Source: Bigelowiella natans CCMP2755
Taxonomy: Eukaryota > Protista > Cercozoa
Direction: 5' to 3'
Assembly (NCBI GenBank): GCA_000320545.1
Contig: ADNK01000963.1
Span: 1 to 33,650 of the forward strand
Length of the DNA stretch: 33,650 nucleotides
Below, piece after piece: positions 26,096-33,650 of this stretch. The position numbers and the translations under genes were made by a program. The notes below the pieces were generated by a model. It was not told the DNA's origin. It was given only the letters and a program-made list of their open reading frames with translations, and did no database searches. How positions within the stretch are numbered: the stretch's first letter is position 1; each line of letters begins with the position of its first letter.

Positions 26096-26421
26096 TGTAG
26101 CGCGTACCACTACGCGGGCACAAGTCACGTGCGACAACAAAGGGGTTGTCGCGGATATAGAATATAGATAACGTAGATATTAATACAGCATAGGCACGTG
26201 GGTTCCGGCGGGACTCATGGCAGCACACCGGAAGTGTGCTGCCCCACGTGCGGCGGCATTCGCGAAAGCTTCGCGAATGATTACGCAGTGCACGATTTAA
26301 TAAAAATATAATCTTTAATAAAAATAAACACAACTCTTCAAAAGGAAGCAAACGTGCCTTTCCCCCCCCCTGCCTACTTGTGCACGTAGCGCCTCGGCCT
26401 GTGAACACCTTACGCGCAACA
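26096..26421 (+). repeat. 3' LTR
   Basis: Identical by eye to the 5' LTR and followed by the TSD CCCT. Confidence 0.97.
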
Positions 26422-26838
26422 CCCTCCGGTCCTAGCGCAGCGCCTACATGTGGACTTGCAGACTCACAAGTCCCTAACACACCTCGCGAGCTGAAATTTC
26501 CACGAGGACTGAAAATTAGCATGTGGCTGCTGCGATGAGTCCTGGCTGGCTTGACTGCTTCAACTCTCCCTCAAGCTTCGGCAGCGAGTGAAGGACCTGA
26601 ACTCTCATTGAATTGACGTCATGCGGAGCGCGGAAGAATTTGATCATTTCCATCGAGAAAATTGGGTCATAGGGCAATCTTGAGACATGATATCGTTGAT
26701 GTCGCACGCAGGAAAACACATGGAAAAACCGCCAATCGAACTCATCGTGCAGGGGAAAAAAAGCAACAGAGCGGAGGGCAGATAAAGAATCCTAACGATC
26801 AGCTGCTACCTCCATCGCAGGGCACCAACTACGATTCA

Positions 26839-27812
26839 ATGGGCCTCGCCTCACCGTATCAGAAAGTTCTTGCTGCCGTCTGCTATGGTTCTCGAAAGAT
26901 GCTGCGTAAACTGCCCTTGTCCGTTTGTTCCTGCGTTGCGCCTGTGGGTTACACGACGTAGCCTGCGACGGCTTTCGCTTGCTAGCCCCTGTGCCGTTCC
27001 ACTTACGTCTTTTTTTGTTTCTCAAACAGGAATAAGTTCGATCCTGCTAGTAATGATTAATAAAAGGATACTTTACACGTAAGCGCTCATTCTCAAAACG
27101 AAACGATTCTGTCTCAACAGCAACCCTTACTAAACTGCTGTTCCTATGTCTTCAGATACAAATTTGGAAGCCCGGTAGTGCTGCTCCTCATGCACCTGTC
27201 GTTCTCTATAGTCTTCTTGGAGGTAATCATGTGCCCGTATGAGCAGATGAATTCTTCGAATGACTTTGAACGTCTACCAGGGGATGAACCTTGTTAATCT
27301 CCTTAAACTGCGAGCATTTGAGTGGAGTTTGGCTATGAAGGTAGGCTTACTGTTATTCCATTTCTGTTTTGTCCCAGGTGTTGATTCACCATTCTAGCAT
27401 TTTATCGCTAGCATTTGCCTTACCTTTCTAAGCTCTTCGTCTATTATTAACAGATGCTCCCGTTGTCGTTCTGCTTCGTTTGCAATATCCTCTGCGCCTT
27501 CTACGCCCTCAGACTGACCTCCGTCCCCATTTTCACGTAAACTTTGCATGAAAATTGACATTAAAGAAGAAGAGGGGAACGGGAGAATCAAATACGCAAT
27601 ACTTATTTAAAACATCTCTATCTCATGCATCATCATATTCTTCTTAGGACTCTGAGGCGGATGACGACATTGTTCGTGATGCTAGCACAGTGGAAAATCC
27701 TAGGCATGACTCCCAGCAGGAGGGTGGTGGAGTGTGTACTCCTAATGATGCTAGGTTCTCAAATGCTGCTTTTCATGCGTTTTCCGAATAATAACAACTC
27801 CCTATTCTCTCC

Positions 27813-27848
<36 letters not shown>

Positions 27849-28428
27849 CCCTTTCTCTCTATCTGCCGTCTCCATCCTCCACGCACGTGCACGATCTCCG
27901 CTCCCCACGTATCCTTCGTCATTTTTCTGAATTCAATATTCGTTTTGGTGGTTGTTCGTCCCCATCCATCAGGCGCCATTGTTGCTGGCATAGGGGATAT
28001 GGGTTTCGATCCTGTCGGGTTCTCCTTCTTTCACATTCACTTAATTTCTTTTTTAGAAAATAGTCATCAGATATATGTGCTCAGAGTGTGTTGACCAGGT
28101 ATTTGTTTTGGATGTCGCACAGGTATCTATGCGTATTCGCTAACAACACGCTTACGGCCTCTTACCTGGTCGCGATGAAGTTCTACTTCGGTATGTTTTG
28201 CGACAAAGGCGGGGACAACAAGCCAACACACAGCTTATATTCCTCGTTGATTTTATTGAACTCCGCAGGCTCTCTCAACTTGGCAGCGGTTGATGTGTTG
28301 CGATATAACTGTGTTCTGTCAATTCCTTCAATTGCCATACTGACGGTCAGCTTTCTTACTCGTCTTGCTGTCGTCTTGCAAAATCAAAAAAATACCACAA
28401 CACACACACACACTCACACACTCACACA

Positions 28429-28481
<53 letters not shown>

Positions 28482-28600
28482 TCACTCCATTGTATTTACA
28501 CTTACATCGAACTATCCTCTTCATTTAGATTTCAAACGGCCAACTGGTGCATGTACTGTATTCGCTGGAATCCACAACTGTGGACTTTTTCGTAAGTTTA

Positions 28601-28638
<38 letters not shown>

Positions 28639-30131
28639 TCCATCCATATCCTTCCCGGTTGGTTCGTGCTTCACTTGTTCTAGCCCTAAAAACCAAGAAA
28701 CATTTTAATTTTGCTATATGACAATCGTGGGACTTATCGATTGTCTCAGCTTGCTGAGAATACACTCTCATACGATTACTCCTCTTTTTCGTCTATGGCC
28801 TTTTCCTGGCCATATGACTCCTCCGTGTTCTTTGGATTTTCTTCTTTTTCTTTCAATTCATGTATTCAACTTTTGTTTTAATACTGAATGCGGAGTTTGT
28901 TGACCAGTATTTGTTCTTGGCGTCCGGATTTATGGCTTTCTTCGTCAACTTCTCTACGTAATTTTGAGATCTCTCTCCCTCCCTCCCTCCCTCCCTCCCT
29001 CCCTCCCTCCATCCCCTCCGTTGGCTTTTCTCATTGGCATATTGTGCTATCGTTCAGATACTGGTGCACCCATGTTAACAGCCCGTTAACAACTAGCGTC
29101 ACAGGTCTTATTATTTATCATCATTGCAAGGCCGGCCTAGCTTGCTTACACAGTCGAGATTGTTCTGGAGAAGTTTAGCACTTCGTTTTCACGTCGATGA
29201 AATGACCCCGCTTAATTCTTTTCGCCAGGACAATTGAAGAACGTTTTGACGACGGTTTTAGGGATGCTCATCTTCCCTGACGTGCATATAAATTCCACGG
29301 TGCTGCACACGCATTTCTTCCAAACTCTTAACGTTCCTTGACCTCTAATCACTCATCTTGGAAATCTCACAATTTTCTGCATTCATAAAGTGCGGTTTCG
29401 TTTCGTGTTGCCATTTTTTTGTCTTGAGCATAGGGACCTACAGATGTCGCAGCGTATTATATTTTCATGTGTGTACTATATTTATATGTATACATGCCGA
29501 AGCTGGTGTAATCCCTCTTTGTAGCAGCGTCTCTTGGAAGTTCATATACCGATTTCCTGATTTAACCAACTGTATTTGCGAGCAGTTTCTCGTGGGAATT
29601 GGCCTTGGGACTGTGGGGGGCATTATGTTCTCCGTCCACAAGTTCATGGTTGTTTGACCTAACTTTACAAACTTCAAATAATACATCGTTGCTTGGACAT
29701 TGCTTTAGATGCTGATTGGGTTCTACCTGGGTGCCTCTTTTTTTTTATTTTTAGGAATCACAGAAGGTCAAAGGGGAGAGCGAAGCGGATGACACGAATG
29801 AGGTGGTGATGCAGCTGTGAGGATGTTTTTCCGTTCTGATTGTGTCTCCTCTATTATCTTAAGTATGGTTACATGGGAGCGACAGTGTGATGACAATGCC
29901 ACATCGCTCTCAAATAAGGATGCTGCTGTGTTTTCAGGAGCCTGAAAGTGAAGACTCGGCCATTGAAATGGTACCAACTGTGCATTCATTTTTGCTGCTT
30001 TCTGTTTTTGTAGTAGCGTTTTTGCATCTGCCTCACAACTTACTTTTTTCCAGACGTTTACATTGAAGCGAGGTCGGAGCAATAATAGTTTCGATGAGAA
30101 CCGTTCGGATGACCTGGATGTAAGACCCTAG
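26839..30131 (+). CDS. Nucleotide-sugar transporter, SLC35D/Fringe-connection-like, ~17 exons
   Basis: Spliced product ...KVLAAVCYGISSILLVMINKRILYTYKF...MLPLSFCFVCNI...SVPIFTTLRRMTTLFVM...GAIVAGIGDMGFDPVGY...NNTLTASYLV...NFSTYWCTHVNSPLTTSVTGQLKNVLTTVLG...VGGIMFSVHKF. The start may lie further upstream. The end is either TGA at 29818-29820 or, with two further in-phase exons, TAG at 30129-30131. Confidence 0.85.
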
Positions 30132-30390
30132 AGCAGAGTCACATACTGGCAAAATCGAGCTAGAAATACGTCGCTCTGGTTAGTACATGGATACAACTGA
30201 GTTCATGTTATCGATTCGTCGTGCAAAGAAGCCTTAGCAGAAGATGATGACTTCACTTGTGAATCTAGCTAGCCACGACGCGACATGCATGCATGCGTAG
30301 ATCGCGCGAACAATCCGTGTTGGGAGCTTACTCTCACTTTACTAGCAAGCTAGTAGCGGTCCGCGCGCGTACAGCTACCATACACTAGTA

Positions 30391-30464
30391 TTGCATAGCT
30401 ACGCTTTGGATGTCCATTATACCATCGAAAATATTTAATCAATTTTATTACATTGCGTCTCATA
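30391..30464 (-). repeat. Diverged single copy of the dispersed ~65-bp repeat
   Basis: TTGCATAGCTAC...GGATGTCCATT...CCATCGAAAATATTTAA...ATTACATTGCGTCTCATA aligns by eye to 7081-7143. Confidence 0.6.
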
Positions 30465-30943
30465 CTAGTCGTATGTAGCATGTACGCCAAACGCGCGTTC
30501 TAGCTGCTGTTATGTCCGTGCGTTGATTATACGAGTACTAAATACATGTGTGCACAGTGCATATATCTTTGTGTAGGCACATACTAGTGGTCGACACTGC
30601 TGCACTATATTCACATACATGGTGGCCTCCGTTTTAGATTAAAATGTGCGACATGCGTTGCTATATGTACAGCTTGTTTGTAAGCTTCGTCTCGCAAGCT
30701 AGGCGGCAGATCTACTAGCTACTGTCATATATTTTACATGATGTGCTCTGATCGATTAGGTCAGACATATATTGTATAATTGCAAGCACAGAAGAGGACA
30801 TGTTTGCCACAATGGCCAACCATCTAGCCATGACAACGCATACGCCGCTGTGCACACGTACGTATGAATCGAAATAGCTGATTGAAAGTGATATTTACGA
30901 CGCGTAAATGCTGTGTACGTACACGATGTGATCGACACACACA

Positions 30944-30983
<40 letters not shown>

Positions 30984-31113
30984 CAAGGCAGAATGTATCA
31001 AGCATGTTGTCTGGTCATGTGTTACGTATCGTACATGTACGAATATTATTAACAGTACATGGCGATTATGAATTCATTAGTGAAAAATGTCTCATGAAAC
31101 GAACATAATACAA

Positions 31114-32297
31114 TCATGGTTCCTCATAGACGGTTGTCTTGCTTGCAAGCGGCGCGAAATCGTCGTGGATCAAGTTGAGCAGATTAATGGCGGAAGCAAT
31201 GTGCAGTCGGGGATATTCTAATTCGATGCCATGACCATACGGACCTTTGACCTCCCCCCACTTTCTCACCTGGAAGAGTCTTTCAGCCATGGCAGCATTG
31301 TATGTATCCTTCAATGAAACTTTGCGATGGATAACCGCAATTCCTGCATAACAAAGCTTTCGTTAACTTCCACACAGTGACGTGCATAAAATCATCGAAT
31401 ACAAGAGATCTACAACCTAGCATGGTCGAGTATCCAACTTCAGCCACGGCCTTCAAGCATGCAAGCTCAAAGTTTGACGTTTCGTCGATGAATCTAGCAA
31501 TTTCTAGTTTCGTTTCCGCAGGTTGAGACAATGAAGCGATTCCCTCTGTGGTGTAAATAGTAAGTCCGTGCTCATCGCGGAAGTAGTTCAAGACAGGGTC
31601 CCAAAACTTCTTCTGCATTTTGGCCAGGGAGGCAGGAGAATCCACCCGATAGCTGATGACAACACAAATTATTGTATAATCATAAGAATAGAGTATCATG
31701 ACCAAATACCACAAGGAGTCCGTGTCCACGTATTTGAGAAGTTTTCCAACGATTTTCTTCCGATCTACATCAATTGCGGTTGCTGCCAGCGACATCTGAA
31801 TGGGAAGAATAATCATATCTAATGCATCCCCATAGTGTATAGAACGATATGAAAGAAGGTAAAACCGACCAGGGGCATGACAAAGGGCTTGATTCTCTCC
31901 CCCTGGACATCCCATTCGTACGCAATGGCTGAAGCAGCAGAAGCAGTGGGAACAATGAAGCGATGCTTGTCTTCGGTGATGAGGGGCCGCCCATCTAACA
32001 TAACGGTCCATCCGTCGCCCATCGGTCCAATTGATACTTCCTTATAGAACCTTTTCGTGGTCCCATTCGGCTTGACTGTGTATCGATGAGCAGAAGAACA
32101 TGCAAATGCAATTCTCAAATACCCCCTCCGTCTTAGCAACGAGCAGCATTTTACTTACTTCCAGAGACTTTGACCATGCCCGCGGTATCTATAACCTTTC
32201 CCTTTCTCATTGGCACCGTAGAGAATGAGACGCGCTGGCCACCTTGACCACCTGCCATGCGGCCTGCTACAGAAAGGCATCGCAAAGCGGACCTCAT
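31114..32297 (-). CDS. ATP12: Mitochondrial F1-ATPase assembly chaperone ATP12/ATPAF2, multi-exon
   Basis: Arg/Ser-rich presequence MRSALRCLSVAGR; KRFYKEVSI, VMLDGRPLIT, AIAYEWDVQ, MPLMSLAATAID, YVDTDSL, WDPVLNYF, FQVRKWGEV; stop at 31116-31114. Confidence 0.92.
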
Positions 32298-32554
32298 GCT
32301 GGTGCAGATGCGAGATTTTTGGAGATTTCGGAGTTTTGGGGGAGATAATCCTATCTGCATGTGGATGAAAATCAGCGTGAATAAATTGGAAATTGTAGAT
32401 TTTTGATTGTCGCGATGACGAAAAGCCAAAAGACAGCCGCGCAAAGTCCGGAGCCTGCTCCTGACCTGCACATCTCCTCGCTCTCTGCCCGGAGCACCAC
32501 TCTTTCTTCCCCCTCTTCTTCTTACTCTCCTTCAAATCAGGAGAAGGGTCTGCC
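32298..32554. promoter_or_regulatory. Divergent promoter region ATP12/EFTUD2
   Basis: Start codons 257 bp apart, with GAGAT/GAGTT at 32312, 32322, 32331 and 32342. Confidence 0.5.
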
Positions 32555-33145
32555 ATGGACGAAAATCTCTACGATGAGGTAAGAATGGGAACGTGCATCA
32601 TCTCAACCCAAAAACCCATGCGGAGGGCCTGAATCGGCATGACGCGCAATTACTTTTCGCAGTGACATTTGATGTCTTATTTGTGCAAGAAGAGGGTTGG
32701 AACTCACCTCTAAGAGAATGTTTCGTGTTTTTATGATCGTTATATAGTTTGGTAATTACATTGGTCCTGACCTCGGTGACGACGATGACGTTGACGAGGA
32801 GTCCGATGACGAAATGCCTGAAGAATGGGGCGATGCAAAGATGGAGGAGGATGCAGCATACGATGATGACGTGAAAGAGAGTGATGCAAATATGATGCAG
32901 GAGGATGTCCCAGGTTTCACACTTTACGTGCACCGCCATGCACGATTTTAAAAGACTAAATATTTTAAGATTTATATTCATGTTTTTGTGCTCTCCACCC
33001 TCTCTTTCTTTCTCCCGTTCTCTCTCTCTCTCTCTCTCTCCCTCCCTCAATCTCTCCTTTTATACTTTAACCCATCCCACTCTCCTCTTCGATAGCATAA
33101 CATTAAATAATTAATGTATATGTAAATGTGTAAATGTACATATGT

Positions 33146-33185
<40 letters not shown>

Positions 33186-33650
33186 TTGTTAGTGGATAAT
33201 AGCCAAGCCATTGTCCTCCACGAAGACAAAGTCTACTACCCAAATTCTTCCGATGGTACTGCTGTCTGTTGTGTATACAGTGTCTCCTCTCTCTGTTTGC
33301 TAAGTATCACCTTCTTCCTCGCTTTTCCCGTTCGTTCCTACCAGTTTCCTTTCTCGAAGCGCGTTGTTGAGCAAGCAAACACCCCTCCCCCCCCTTTATC
33401 ATTGTGCTTCATTCTCAGTGTATCCTGAGGCGGAGATTCTAGTGGAGGATGAGGACACGCAGCCCCTTGAAACGCCTATAATCGCCCCCGTCAAGCACAA
33501 GCAATTCTCGCACGTGGAAAAGGAGCTGCCAAAGACCAAGTTCGACTTCAAATACCTTGCGGGGCTGATGGATCACCCGAACCTGATCCGAAACGTAGCG
33601 CTGATAGGGTGCGTTTCTGCGGCATGTTTTGACCATCTTCGATCAGCAAT
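32555..33650 (+). CDS. EFTUD2: 116-kDa U5 snRNP GTPase (EFTUD2/Snu114), 5' part, runs off the window
   Basis: MDENLYDE|FGNYIGPDL followed by an acidic tract; AIVLHEDKVYYP; VEDEDTQPLETPIIAPVK; LMDHPNLIRNVALIG. Confidence 0.95.

Larger units (their letters stand above)
20706..26421 (+). mobile_element. Full-length Ty3/Gypsy-type LTR retrotransposon (5716 bp)
   Basis: Two 326-bp LTRs (TG...CA), 4-bp target-site duplication CCCT (20702-20705 and 26422-26425), PPT before the 3' LTR, and a single ORF with domain order gag-PR-RT-RNaseH-IN. Confidence 0.97.

Overview
This is gene-dense, intron-rich eukaryotic nuclear DNA with short GT-AG introns, many of them filled with microsatellites. A flagellated protist is suggested by the RSPH14-like gene; I cannot name the organism. 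Manual splicing gives ten host genes in near-strictly alternating orientation: unknown partial gene(+), intronless SAHH(-), DHBP synthase RIB3(+), a type II membrane glycosyltransferase fusing a BMT/GT91-like domain to a GT10 fucosyltransferase domain(-), VMP1(+), RSPH14-like(-), CCT7(+), an SLC35D-type nucleotide-sugar transporter(+), ATP12(-) and the 5' part of EFTUD2/SNU114(+). Between CCT7 and the transporter sits an intact 5716-bp Ty3/Gypsy LTR retrotransposon with identical 326-bp LTRs, a 4-bp TSD (CCCT) and a single 1657-aa gag-pol ORF. The most interesting signal is the polyprotein's C-terminus: after the integrase, where chromoviruses carry a chromodomain, it ends in what looks like a degenerate Dam/DIRS-type DNA adenine methyltransferase domain. 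The integrase is also unusually compact (D-27-E spacing, CxC zinc finger). Other observations are palindrome-rich spacers at gene 3' ends, a dispersed ~65-bp repeat in those spacers, and ~10-bp-phased GAGA/GGA motifs in divergent promoters. All homology calls come from motif recognition by eye, not from database searches.
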